DNA of 63,725 nucleotides, filler included, from Octopus bimaculoides (lineage: Eukaryota), in NCBI RefSeq assembly GCF_001194135.2. It is 6 parts of 6 records of this genome, joined end to end, with 100 filler letters (N's around TTAATTAATTAA, not from the genome) between each part and the next. Parts side by side here need not be neighbours in the genome. Positions count along the whole stretch, not along the records: positions 1 to 23,575 come from NC_068988.1; positions 23,676 to 46,775 come from NC_068990.1; 4 more parts are not named here. One strand, 5' to 3'. Below, piece after piece: positions 13,789-26,514 of the stretch; the stretch's first letter is position 1, and the number at the start of each line of letters is the position of its first letter. The position numbers and the translations under genes were made by a program. Under the pieces are notes generated by a model that saw only the letters and a list, made by a program, of their open reading frames with translations, was not told where the DNA came from and searched no databases.

Positions 13789-14631
13789 NNNNNNNNNNNN
13801 NNNNNNNNNNNNNNNNNNNNNNNNNNNNNNNNNNNNNNNNNNNNNNNNNNNNNNNNNNNNNNNNNNNNNNNNNNNNNNNNNNNNNNNNNNNNNNNNNNNN
13901 NNNNNNNNNNNNNNNNNNNNNNNNNNNNNNNNNNNNNNNNNNNNNNNNNNNNNNNNNNNNNNNNNNNNNNNNNNNNNNNNNNNNNNNNNNNNNNNNNNNN
14001 NNNNNNNNNNNNNNNNNNNNNNNNNNNNNNNNNNNNNNNNNNNNNNNNNNNNNNNNNNNNNNNNNNNNNNNNNNNNNNNNNNNNNNNNNNNNNNNNNNNN
14101 NNNNNNNNNNNNNNNNNNNNNNNNNNNNNNNNNNNNNNNNNNNNNNNNNNNNNNNNNNNNNNNNNNNNNNNNNNNNNNNNNNNNNNNNNNNNNNNNNNNN
14201 NNNNNNNNNNNNNNNNNNNNNNNNNNNNNNNNNNNNNNNNNNNNNNNNNNNNNNNNNNNNNNNNNNNNNNNNNNNNNNNNNNNNNNNNNNNNNNNNNNNN
14301 NNNNNNNNNNNNNNNNNNNNNNNNNNNNNNNNNNNNNNNNNNNNNNNNNNNNNNNNNNNNNNNNNNNNNNNNNNNNNNNNNNNNNNNNNNNNNNNNNNNN
14401 NNNNNNNNNNNNNNNNNNNNNNNNNNNNNNNNNNNNNNNNNNNNNNNNNNNNNNNNNNNNNNNNNNNNNNNNNNNNNNNNNNNNNNNNNNNNNNNNNNNN
14501 NNNNNNNNNNNNNNNNNNNNNNNNNNNNNNNNNNNNNNNNNNNNNNNNNNNNNNNNNNNNNNNNNNNNNNNNNNNNNNNNNNNNNNNNNNNNNNNNNNNN
14601 NNNNNNNNNNNNNNNNNNNNNNNNNNNNNNN

Positions 14632-14914
14632 CTTCATTTAGAGAATTAACATTGCTTGTTTTCACCTTTTCGATATCAGTGAAGAATTTCACTTGAAAAG
14701 AAGATATAAGATTGCCAGGTTTTTGTCTCTCTCACCAAGGTCAGCGGCTATCGGACGCCGACGAAGGGAAATAACCCTGAAATCCGGATCCGTTCGTGCT
14801 GCAGATGTTGGTGAGAGGGATAACTACCCTTGGCAAACAGGACACAGTCGTGTGTCGATAAGCCAGCTGGAGGAGATGTCCTCCTGGGGCTAAAAGCAAC
14901 AGTAACATCCACCC
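14632..14914 (+). repeat. structured ~350-nt interspersed repeat, copy 2
   Basis: Identical inverted copy on the other side of the N gap; the ORF track shows the same 66-aa translation for both copies. Confidence 0.85.
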
Positions 14915-15059
14915 ATGCATGTGTGTGATGTGGTATAGTATAGTGTGGTGTGATGTGTTTTCATATGGTATGATGAAGTTTAATATATGATATCATGTGG
15001 TATGGTGGTCAATTTTACTCAAAATCTGAATATTTGACCAAATATCATTATTGCTACTA

Positions 15060-16680
15060 TCTATGGTACTTAGATGTAGTTAAGTCTATTACTGATAGAA
15101 TCCTCATAGCCATTTTTTCATGATGGCATCAATTTCAATGCAGCATCTCTCTTAATTGCCATCTGTTTCATGTGAAATCAACCCTCACCATTCCTTCTTC
15201 ATCATCCTCTTTTGCAGCTTTCTCACTCCTGCTGACCGATACACCTTTACCCAACTATCAACATTCATATACATGTCCATACTCTAGCAGTCTTCTCTAT
15301 CATACGTTAAGGCTGATATCTTTAATGAATACTTTTTCCTCCCATACTTTGCTCCAATGTCTATTCAAGCTAATGCCACACATCCTGCTGAGTATGTTCA
15401 CTGCCTTTCTTTCATATATTCTCCTGATGCTAAGTCCATGTCTAACCTCCATACAACATCTCACTTCATACATACACTCTAAAACTCTTCGTTCACAAAA
15501 AAAACCCCTTTATTGCCAACACAGGATATAGCTCTCTGAACTTTTCCCACTCCCACCTTACACTGGCTACTGTTTCCACAACATTTACACCCACACTGCT
15601 AATTAGGTCACACAGGTAACAGAATTTCTTAATTACCTCTAGTCAGTCTTCATTTCTTTTGGTTGCTCTCATTAATTATTCCTTATTAACTATGCATCTG
15701 TATACTTATGTGCATCTATATACTTATTCCTTATTAACTGTGCATCTGCTGTTATTAACTGTGCATCTATAAGAAATCCTCTGTGTACTCCTAGTTTCCA
15801 CAAGGCAAATTATGGAGTTCTCACCCTCTCCCTTTGCAATATCAATCATGGTCACTTCCCTGTTGGTTGTTGTCATCTGTTTTCCATCCTGTGATTGTTC
15901 TGAACAAGAGGTCATATCAGATGTATTTTAGAGACTTTCATATTTTAATAAAGGCCCACTCAACTACATTGATATTATTTGGTAGAGACATACATGAAAC
16001 TGAAGATCAACCAAAGCTAATGAAGAGAGACTACTGATCCAGCACTGAAAAAGAAAATATCCATCTTCATTAAACTAACCATTAGACTTTTTTTAGTTTA
16101 GACTGTGCTTCCATATTAGAAACTTGATTTCAAATTTTTCATTTGATTCAGCTATGAAAACTAGGTTGATGACATACTGGAATATTCGGTGATAGCTAAA
16201 TTTGAAGTCCTCTGTTATAGCCTGGAGACATGTAATAAAGAGTGGGTAGATGATGAACTTGTCTTGTAACGGCATTTACTTGGATGGGGTTAAGCTGGCT
16301 CCTATTGAGTTCACCGCATCACAGGTCAAAGCTGTCCATGCATGTCTGTTGGTGGCTGTTTCTGCAGCATGTTTGAAGCCGTTCCAAGTTCCAGTGACAA
16401 ACGCCAAAGACTCGAGGGCTGGAAATGAGCTCCATATCTGCTTTGACAGTTGTGAGTCACGTCTTCAGCAGACTACCTCTCCGCTTATGCCAACGTAGGG
16501 GAGGATCTGGTGTTATTGCCTTCTGGACAAGTTCATCATGAGGGCACCACAACGTATGACCAAACCACTGCAGTCTCCTTGTCAGAAAAGTTCCAAGAGG
16601 TGAGAGACTGCAGCAATCATTGACACACTAAATCCCTTCTTGAACTCATTGCTAAGTCTTATTTTACTGATAACATCATT
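15060..16680 (-). mobile_element. old RTE/RTEX RT and C-terminal remnant
   Basis: DVISKIRLSNEFKKGFSV (16620-16680), CLQAITEDFKF...FIAESNEKFEIKFLIWKHSL (16093-16275), ERKAVNILSRMCGISLNR and RRLLEYGHV (15250-15420). Collinear with the fresher copy at 1-560. Confidence 0.6.
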
Positions 16681-16693
16681 ATATATCGCTTGA

Positions 16694-17080
16694 GTGGAGG
16701 CACAATGACCCAGTGGTTAGGGCAGCGGACTCATGGTCATAGGATTGCAGTTTTGATTCCCAGGCTGGGCGTTGTGAGTATTTATTGAGCAGAAACACCT
16801 AAAGCTCCATGAGGGTCGGGCATGGGGGGAGGAGGGCGAACCCTGCTGTACTCTTTCATCACAACTTTCTCTCACTCTTTCTTCCTGTTTCTGTTGTACC
16901 TGTATTTCAAAGGGCCAGCCTTATCACACTTTGTGTTACACTGAATCTCCCCTGAGAACTACGTTAAGGGTACATGTGTCTGTGGAGTGCTCAGCCACAT
17001 GCATGTAAATTTCACGAGCAGACTGTTCTGTTGATCAGGTCAACTGGGACCCTCATTGTTGTAACCATCAGAGTGCCACG
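16694..17080 (+). mobile_element. tRNA-derived SINE, family C
   Basis: ggaggcacaatgacccagtggttagggcagcgg...gattcccagg head; 3' part matches 3775-4095. Confidence 0.75.
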
Positions 17081-17322
17081 AATATGGCTTGCACAAATAT
17101 CACAAACTGTTTTCTATTTTCATAGTTTTCTTAGCAACCACCAAATCTATGAAGCATGTATCCTGCCAACAGCCTTCTCCATGTGCCGAATGTTACACTA
17201 TGGCTTCCCACTAATAACTTCCCACAGTAAATGCCTCAGTAACAAGATAACATCAGTGGTTCCATGTCCTAGTACAAACCCAACCTACAAGGCAGTTTTT
17301 CCCTCATTACTCTGGTTATTAA

Positions 17323-17362
<40 letters not shown>

Positions 17363-17904
17363 CACTTTCATGACTGACTTGGTCAATCTGTTTAATACAT
17401 CTGGAAGCATTTAACAACAATGACACTGCTGCACAAGTCACTGAGATTGATCTCTCCTCATACTATCTGATTACCTACACACATAATCAGATATTTTTAA
17501 TATCTCAACAACTATCCCTGATTTTCCTGCTAACAGAATTTTAATGGCATTTTCTACCATATTGGTAATCTGCATATTTAAGCCTTAATAAGAAGAACCT
17601 ATTAGAGACCATAGTCTCTGATCCACTAAAAGATAGGATAGTCATAGTTGAAACATCTTTTATTATAAGTCTCATTCAATCAGAGATAATCTAGTGCTAA
17701 ACAGCAACAACAAAGTGAACCTGCACACTGTAGATTACCTTGCTAAAAATAGCAACCCAAACTCCCACACACACTTTCAAAAGAGATGAATGCGTTAGAG
17801 TGTAGTTCCTGATATACACAAAGACCGAACATTTCCATTGAAGGTCTACTCAAGCTAGAAATATAAACAACCAATTTTCTTCCAAATCACACATTATCAT
17901 GAAC

Positions 17905-18260
17905 AGCAGCAGCAGCATTTAGTGTCCATTGTCCATACTTACATGGATTGGACAGTTTGACCAGGGCTGGTAAGCTGAGGGGCTGCACTGGACTCCAGTC
18001 TGATTTGGCATGGTTTCTACAGCTGGATGCCCTTCCTAACACCAACTACTCTGAGAATGTAAATGGGTGCTTTTACGTACCACTGGCACGTGTGCCAGTT
18101 ACGTGACACCAGTATCTGCTACAACTACAATTTCACTTGGCTTGATGGGTCTACCTCCTCAAGCACAGCATATTGCCAAAGGTCTCGGTCATTTGTCATA
18201 GCCTCCATGAGGCTGTGCTCGAAGGGTGCTTTTTATGTGCTACCAGCACAGGTGCTAGTT
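17905..18260 (-). mobile_element. RTE-tail short element
   Basis: Near full-length homologue of 2409-2770. Confidence 0.75.
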
Positions 18261-18989
18261 CATGTCTTAAAAGAGAAAAAGGAAAAAAAAAAAAAAAAAA
18301 AGATCACCACATGGTAAAACAAATGCCAAGGCCTAATACTGTATCTTACAGAGAACTATCATGTACAGTGGGCTCTCTATATACAAACACAATCCACTCC
18401 AGGGCTCTGTTTGTTAACCATATTGTTTGTTACATGAAAAATTAAAATCCATATAAATAGAGGTAATCAGTTCAAAGTCACAACCAAATCTCACATAAAA
18501 GCATGTATATATACATGTGTGTGTACGTGTGTATCTGTACATTTTTCTTCTGTTGAACCATGGTTTTGTTTTTAGCAAAAAATATAAGAAATATTATTAT
18601 TTTCTATATAAAATATAATAAATTCCAAGTTACACTAAATGCTTACATATTAACAAACCATATGTACACTCAACCACACACATATAAGCATGCTTAGTCT
18701 ACTTGTGGTTTGTTTGATTAAATTTCAGCTCAATAAGCATGTCTGCTCATGGTCTGTTGTCCAAATTTCAGTTATCTAAGTAAATGAGCTCTCAGTCTCT
18801 TATACACATGTGTAGTCTGCTCATAACTTGATTAAATTTCAGTTCCTCATGCAAAATTTAATTTATTGAAGAAAAATCATTCATTGATCAATTTGCTCAT
18901 TTAGAGAACTATTTGTATATGGGTAACCCACTGTATATCTATTTTTTTTTTTAGTTTCAGCTCAGAGCTGTGGCCATGCTGATGCACCG

Positions 18990-19906
18990 CCGTTTTGCTA
19001 CACTGTTATAACTGAGAGCCTCCTCCAATATGTAGCACTTGGTGAAGAATGGAGTTTGATGTAGCTACTCTCATTTGTACCTCTTGCCATGAGGTAGGTT
19101 CATCGACAGAAAGAGGTCCTGCCTTGATTTAAAAACCCCTACATCTACTTTGTGCAGGTTCCTCAGGCTCTTTGGGAGAATATTAAAAAGATGTGAGTCC
19201 CTGAAATCCAGGTTGTTGCAGTAACTGGTCTTGAAGCATGATGGAATTGCTGGGATCTTTGGCACTATGCAGTGTTGACCCGTTCTGGCATTGGTGTGGC
19301 CTTCAATGCCAAAATTTGGCACAATTCCTTTCAGGATCTTCCAGATGTATATTACTGCATTCCTCTCCCGCCTTCTCTCCAGGGAGTAGAGTCTTAGCTG
19401 TTTCAGCATTTCCCAGTAGCTAAGCCATTGCAATGAGACGATCTTCTTTGTGAAGCTTCGATAGATTGCTTCAAGGTCCACTGTTAATTTTATACTGTTG
19501 GGTGACCATAGCTTAGAGCAGAAATCTAGGCAGCTGAGGATGAATGTCCTCCAGAGGACCATCATGGTTTCCTTTTCTCTGGATCTGAATGTTCTCAGGA
19601 TCCATCCAGCCAGTTGTCTGCACTTTGTCGCCATCCTGGTAATGTGCACTTGGAAAGAGGTATCATCACTCATGTCGATACTCACGTCCCTCACTGATTT
19701 AGGCTCTGGGATTGCAATTCCCTGTCGACCAGTGTACTCTGTAAGTTTCATATTCAGTTTTGGACGTTGGTAGTGCAGGGCTTGGAATTTTTCAGCATTA
19801 AACTGCATATTATTATCCTCAGTCCATCTGTAAATTGAGTCCAACTCCTGCTGCAGATGTGCAACATCGTTGGGTTCTGTATTTTCTGCAAGACTTTTGT
19901 ATCATC
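18990..19906 (-). mobile_element. CR1-clade LINE, RT C-terminal half
   Basis: DDTK motif next to the gap (~19895-19906), then a 257-aa ORF with WTEDNNMQFNAEKF...AGWILRTFRSR...LDFCSKLWSP...YWEMLKQLRLYSLERRRER, typical of CR1-like RT C-termini. Confidence 0.88.
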
Positions 19907-20568
19907 NNNNNNNNNNNNNNNNNNNNNNNNNNNNNNNNNNNNNNNNNNNNNNNNNNNNNNNNNNNNNNNNNNNNNNNNNNNNNNNNNNNNNNNNNNNNNN
20001 NNNNNNNNNNNNNNNNNNNNNNNNNNNNNNNNNNNNNNNNNNNNNNNNNNNNNNNNNNNNNNNNNNNNNNNNNNNNNNNNNNNNNNNNNNNNNNNNNNNN
20101 NNNNNNNNNNNNNNNNNNNNNNNNNNNNNNNNNNNNNNNNNNNNNNNNNNNNNNNNNNNNNNNNNNNNNNNNNNNNNNNNNNNNNNNNNNNNNNNNNNNN
20201 NNNNNNNNNNNNNNNNNNNNNNNNNNNNNNNNNNNNNNNNNNNNNNNNNNNNNNNNNNNNTTTGGTTCAGTAGAAAAAAAGTTACATCAAAATATCTGCG
20301 ACCTCAAGGGAGGCAGTAAGGCACCTATTCACCTTAAATCAACATAAACTTTTTAATTTTACAATAAAAGTATACTTTTCTTAGGCTTAAAGGATGGAAA
20401 AATGTATGAGGAGTTCAGAGTTGTTAGTCGCATTGAACAAAAATTAGTAGTAGAAAAGTTATGGGATGAAATACCACAAAATTTTGTGTAAGTAAGAGAG
20501 TAAGGAAGTAATGCTTATCAATAAGAATATTAAAGAATATATTGCTAAAATGAATGTGTATGTTCTAC

Positions 20569-20690
20569 GGCGGCGAGCTGGCAGAAACATTAACGTGCTG
20601 GGTGAAATGTTTAACGGTATTTCGCCTGTGTTTATGTTTTGAGTTCAAATTCCGCCGAAGTCGACTTTGCTTTTTATCCATTTCGGATCT
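20569..20690 (+). mobile_element. tRNA-derived SINE, family B
   Basis: ggcggcgagctggcagaa...gagttcaaattccgccgaagtcgactttgc. The central segment resembles the Meta-type SINE domain (from memory, unverified). Confidence 0.75.
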
Positions 20691-21239
20691 ATTCAATTTG
20701 ATGTACAGATTATTTAATTAATTTTTTTTAACTAAATACTTTGAAACATCTGATACTGGTACAATGTGTCTTAACATTTTTGACAACATTTTTTATGTTA
20801 GAAATTATTTCGTCACAAGTTACAGAGTGACAATGGACAAATTTGTGTTTGATAAGTGCCAATACACGAAACTGAGGTTTTGACTTACTCTCTAATTTCT
20901 GCCAATGATATATATGCATATTATACATATATGTGTAAAAAAATCTCATCAAGCAATCAAACCAATGAAAGAGCCTCTACCTGGTTGCTCGACACGCTAA
21001 AAATAGCAGCCAATGTATCCCCCTACCCAGTGTTTTATAAGGTAAAATCCTAAATTATTAATTATCTTATAACAGCAATACCTGGAAATACCTGTAATTT
21101 TTTTGTCATTTGAATTAAAACAATGCAACATTAAACTGGCTCGGTATTATGTGTCAAAGTCAAAGAAAAAAGTGAAAGAATAAGATCTATATTGTAATGT
21201 GATATTTTGTTTCACTTTTATACTTTTACTTTTAATTCT

Positions 21240-22330
21240 GACTACGATGATGTCACATTTTGTATATGACTGTGCATCTATCTGTGAATGTATGTGTGTG
21301 AGTGTATGAATGTATATATGTCTTACAGTATGTGTGTCTTTCCGTGGTCAGTGTCAATACGAAATTTTATTTTCATTTCATTTTGAGCAAAACAATATAA
21401 CATTTCATAGAGATAATCCTTTTATTGTCAACAGGACATTTTAAACCATGACAACAAAACATCACATTTTGTATATGACTGTCTGTGAGTGTATGTGTAT
21501 GAGTGTGTATATGTCTGATAATGTGTGTGTCTTTCCGTGTTAGGTATGTTATTAAAAACACACACACATCTATACATACATATACAGATGTGATGACTGA
21601 CGATGGTGTGCAAGTGTACAGATATGTACAACTACATATGTAATGGTTCATTATTAAACACACATACATCTATACATACATATACATGTGATGACTGATG
21701 ATGGTGTGTAAGTGTATGAGTGTTTATGTTTCATAGTGTGTGTGTCTTTCCGTGTTAGGTGCGTTATTAAACACACAGACATCTACATATGTAACAGTAC
21801 GTTATTAAATACACACACACATCTACACATACATATGTGATGACTGACCATGATGGTGTCACATTTTGTATATGATTATGTATCTATCTGTGAATGTATG
21901 CGTGTGAGTGTATATGAGTGTGTATGTTTCACAGTGTATGTTCTTTCTGTGTTAAGTACGTTATTAAACATACTTTATGTATGGTAGGGCTGGTCAGTGT
22001 CAATATGAAATTTTATTTTCATTTCGATTATTTTCATTTCATTTCATTTCGATTAAAACAATATAACATTTCATAGAGATTATTTCTATTGGCAATAGGA
22101 CATCTTATACCAGCCTGTGTGTGTGTCTTTCCGCATTAGGTACATTATTAAACACACACATCTACACATACATATGCATATCTAATGACTGACATGTGTG
22201 AATGTATGTTTCTGTGTGGCTATCTTGGTATATGTATGTGAGTGTTTGTCAGGAACATCTTATACCATAATGATGACAACAGCGTCACATTTTATATATG
22301 AGTGTATGAATGTGTCTATGTCTGTAAGTG
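21240..22330. repeat. degenerate higher-order tandem repeat
   Basis: Recurrent gatgtcacattttgtatatgac and gtgtgtctttccgtgttaggt..ttattaaacac units; the block at ~21345-21450 is duplicated at ~21990-22110. Confidence 0.75.
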
Positions 22331-22626
22331 TGTGTATGTGTGTTTCTGTGTTTCATACATTATTAAATACACACACACACATATATATACACACACACAC
22401 ACATCTACACATATATATATATACATATGTGCTAACTGACATGCCTGAATGTATGTATGTGAGTGCTAGAGGTGAAACTCTTGAAAAAAAACAATGAGGT
22501 GGCAAGGTCCAAGATATATATAAAAATACACATTTACTGTTCCATTACCAGTTAATAATTATCGCAGCAGTTGCAAGGTATTTACAATTACATTAAGAAA
22601 TGTATCCTATATACATATATACATAC

Positions 22627-22681
<55 letters not shown>

Positions 22682-22915
22682 TATATATAATTCTCTCTGT
22701 AATGATTATTGTGGAATTTACCATTAAATTAGCAGTTCCATAAATGTGCCTCTATTTCGTTCATTTGCTTATATTTCATTAATTTACACTGCATATAAAA
22801 ATACAGACATACTATATACATGCGGTAAGCCATTATGTCTTATTTTTTCAAGTAATTCATTACTGCATATTCTCATGTGACTGCTTAGGCTGACTTTATG
22901 TTTCTTATTCTACAG

Positions 22916-23095
22916 AAACACCAGCAATCCAATGTAAACCCTTCACCTTCTGCAACATGTCAACAGTTTACTTCCCTGTTGCTCTTTCCCATTGCGGCCA
23001 ATTTCTGGAATGTACTCATTTATGTACATCTCCATTACATTTGACTGTCAACCATACAATGGGTCGTGTTAGACTCAGCGCTGACCACCGCAAAG
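22916..23095 (+). CDS. candidate 180-nt internal exon of unknown identity
   Basis: Branch-like CTGAC, pyrimidine tract and TACAG acceptor; perfect AAG|GTGAGT donor. One open + frame (phase 1/1): TPAIQCKPFTFCNMSTVYFPVALSHCGQFLECTHLCTSPLHLTVNHTMGRVRLSADHRK. Confidence 0.45.
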
Positions 23096-23113
23096 GTGAG
23101 TATAACCACTGAT

Positions 23114-23440
23114 AACATTATTTACATTATTTATATTTGACAGATATTTGTCCTCATCTTACTTGTTGTTAACAAAACATTTCAGCTGATATACCCTCCA
23201 GCCTTAACCACTACGCCATATGCCCATGGCCTCAAGATTCTGAGTTTGATTCCAGGCAGTGACCTGTATAATAATAATAATAATAATAATAATAGCAACA
23301 ACATCGAAAAATACCTTAGGAATGAGAACCCAGGTTCGAAATTTCCCCAAGACACCTGATGAAGGCTGGAGGGATATCAGCCGAAATGTGTTAACAAACA
23401 TGATGAGGACAAATATCCGTCAATTGTAAAATAATTTGGA
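23114..23440. mobile_element. head-to-head pair of a tRNA-headed, hammerhead-containing short element
   Basis: A-box GGCGTAGTGGTTAA on minus (23204-23225) and B-box GAGTTTGATTCC on plus, then (TAA)n. HHR core CTGATGA(A)GGCTG-loop-CAGCC GAAA at 23356-23386. Inverted arms about 80% identical. Confidence 0.7.
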
Positions 23441-23764
23441 CAAATATTTTTTATTCGATTAGTACCTTTATATATATATATATATATATATAACAATAAT
23501 AAAAATCCAAATTTACAGGTAAAAACTCAATTCAATTCAATTTATCAAAAATTAAAATTAAATTAAGTTTCACAGNNNNNNNNNNNNNNNNNNNNNNNNN
23601 NNNNNNNNNNNNNNNNNNNTTAATTAATTAANNNNNNNNNNNNNNNNNNNNNNNNNNNNNNNNNNNNNNNNNNNNATATATATATATATATATATACATA
23701 CATACACATATATATATCGATAGATAGATACATATGTACCATATGTATATGCATGTATGCACAT

Positions 23765-23820
<56 letters not shown>

Positions 23821-23831
23821 ATGTATATATA

Positions 23832-24210
23832 GGCGTAACTTCCGGGTTCAATCCCCACTCCTGCCTGTCACCTTCGGCAAATGTCTTCTGTAGCCTCGGA
23901 CCCACCATAACCTTGTAACTGGAATTGGTAAACGAAAACTGAATGAAGCCCGTCGTACGTGTATGTGCGCGCGCGCGTGTTTATCTGTCTGTCTGTCTGT
24001 TTGTCCTCCAGCAACCCTTGACAAGTGGTGTTAATATGTTTACCTCCTGTAACTTAGTGGTTCGGTCTTAGAGACTGATAGAGAAAGTACCTGACTCGGG
24101 AAAATGAAAGTAGGAAAGAAAGAAAACACTTGCATTGAGGTCGATTCGTTCCACTTAAACTCTTGAAGACGGTGCACCAGCATGGCCGCAGCCTAATGAT
24201 TGAAACAAGT
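23832..24210 (+). mobile_element. tRNA-derived SINE, family A
   Basis: ccgggttcaatccccac...caccttcggcaaatgtcttctgtagcctcgg...gaagcccgtcgt, with 3' part ending cagcatggccgcag. Confidence 0.7.
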
Positions 24211-24605
24211 ATATATATGATTGAAACATGCATATATGACTATCTAACACTACATTGTCCGATGCCCTTCACCTTCATAAGATGACAAAGTGAGTTTTGT
24301 GTCTGAGTATTTGACAAGAAATAGCTGGGGTGTGTGCGCGGTGAGTGACGTGAAATAAATAGGCTGCGAGAGAGAGAGGGGGGAGAGGGAGAAAGGGAGA
24401 GAGAACAGAGAATGAGCTTAGAGTGAGTGCAATGAAAAAGCAGTCGTGTCTGTGTGTCGGTGTTGTGATTCTATCGAAGAATGCAGCAATCACGTGCATT
24501 GTAGACTGGCGAAAGATAAAGCGAGAAGACAGATGTTTTTAGATGAAATGTTTGGTAGTTCAAGATAGTTTCTCAGCAAATATCACCACCTGGGCCCTTA
24601 TTAGC

Positions 24606-24649
<44 letters not shown>

Positions 24650-25220
24650 TGTGTGTGTGTGTTTGTGTATTTGCTTTTAGTTGTTTCAGTGATTGGACTA
24701 TGGTCACGTTACTGCACCGCTTTGAGGGGGTTCTTTAGTCGAATGAACCGACCCCAGAACTTATCTTTTAAAGCCTGTTAGTCTCTTTTGGCGAAACCGC
24801 TAACTTAGGGAGACGTAAACAAAGCAACACCAGTGGCCAAGTGGTGATGAGGGACAAACGCCCTCAGTCTAATGCCTGAAACAAGTAAGAGAATAAAAGA
24901 AATATATACAAATATATATANNNNNNNNNNNNNNNNNNNNNNNNNNNNNNNNNNNNNNNNNNNNNNNNNNNNNNNNNNNNNNNNNNNNNNNNNNNNNNNN
25001 NNNNNNNNNNNNNNNNNNNNNNNNNNNNNNNNNNNNNNNNNNNNNNNNNNNNNNNNNNNNNNNNNNNNNNNNNNNNNNNNNNNNNNNNNNNNNNNNNNNN
25101 NNNNNNNNNNNNNNNNNNNNNNNNNNNNNNNNNNNNNNNNNNNNNNNNNNNNNNNNNNNNNNNNNNNNNNNNNNNNNNNNNNNNNNNNNNNNNNNNNNNN
25201 NNNNNNNNNNNNNNNNNNNN

Positions 25221-25260
<40 letters not shown>

Positions 25261-25809
25261 GTTTAAAGAGAATGCGAGAGAATGCGAGAGAAAGAGATGG
25301 AAAGAGAGATAGAGAGGGGAGAGAGAGGGAATGAGAGACAGAGAGGGGAGAGAGAGGGAAAGAGAGAGATGAGGAGAGAGAGGGAGAGGCAGACAGAGAG
25401 AAAGAATGGAAGAGTAATGGAGAGGAGAAATGCTTAAAAAAGCAGTATGTGGGAATGAAACCAGGACAGTTAAAAATGGAAATTTGCTGTTCCTTCTTCA
25501 TCACCATTCCATACCACCGTCCAACTATATTTTCACTTCAGTCTATCATAATTAATGTCAACACCACAGCTGCCTGATCTGCAATGAATGACAGTCAAAA
25601 TCCTCCTCAAATAACAAACTACAGTCTTTGAAATAATGGAAAAGACAATTTGGATAGTGTAGTCCAGAGTCACCCGCGAGTAGGAATAAGACGAGTTTGT
25701 CGTGAGTGGAACGATTTTCGTCACAGACCTGCATGGTTTGTGTTGACCAGTCGCTTAAAAAAAAAATATTACCCCTCCTCCTCCTCCTCCTTCTCTTCCT
25801 CCTCACCAT

Positions 25810-25878
<69 letters not shown>

Positions 25879-25996
25879 AGTCCGGAAGCCTCTTGTTAGT
25901 GGACCGGTGCAGTAGATATAAATAGGAGCAAAATACCCTCACTTCACCTTTCTAAGAAGCAGAAGGATATCCTACAATGAAGTGTTACATCGATTC

Positions 25997-26050
<54 letters not shown>

Positions 26051-26514
26051 GTACGTATANNNNNNNNNNNNNNNNNNNNNNNNNNNNNNNNNNNNNNNNN
26101 NNNNNNNNNNNNNNNNNNNNNNNNNNNNNNNNNNNNNNNNNNNNNNNNNNNNNNNNNNNNNNNNNNNNNNNNNNNNNNNNNNNNNNNNNNNNNNNNNNNN
26201 NNNNNNNNNNNNNNNNNNNNNNNNNNNNNNNNNNNNNNNNNNNNNNNNNNNNNNNNNNNNNNNNNNNNNNNNNNNNNNNNNNNNNNNNNNNNNNNNNNNN
26301 NNNNNNNNNNNNNNNNNNNNNNNNNNNNNNNNNNNNNNNNNNNNNNNNNNNNNNNNNNNNNNNNNNNNNNNNNNNNNNNNNNNNNNNNNNNNNNNNNNNN
26401 NNNNNNNNNNNNNNNNNNNNNNNNNNNNNNNNNNNNNNNNNNNNNNNNNNNNNNNNNNNNNNNNNNNNNNNNNNNNNNNNNNNNNNNNNNNNNNNNNNNN
26501 NNNNNNNNATATAA

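Noticed and set aside
13505-14893. Duplicated 66-aa ORF MKRRYKIARF...
   Set aside because: Starts at a TTG, has no recognisable domain and is not preserved from the same start in copy 3; treated as a non-coding repeat.
14780-14914. HDV-like or twister ribozyme in the structured repeat (GGCTAA after a hairpin)
   Set aside because: I could not build P1/P1.1/P2/P3 or the twister pseudoknots by eye on either strand.
24300-24520. Promoter-like stretch with TGACGT and CACGTG motifs
   Set aside because: Short motifs are expected by chance; no linked first exon identified.
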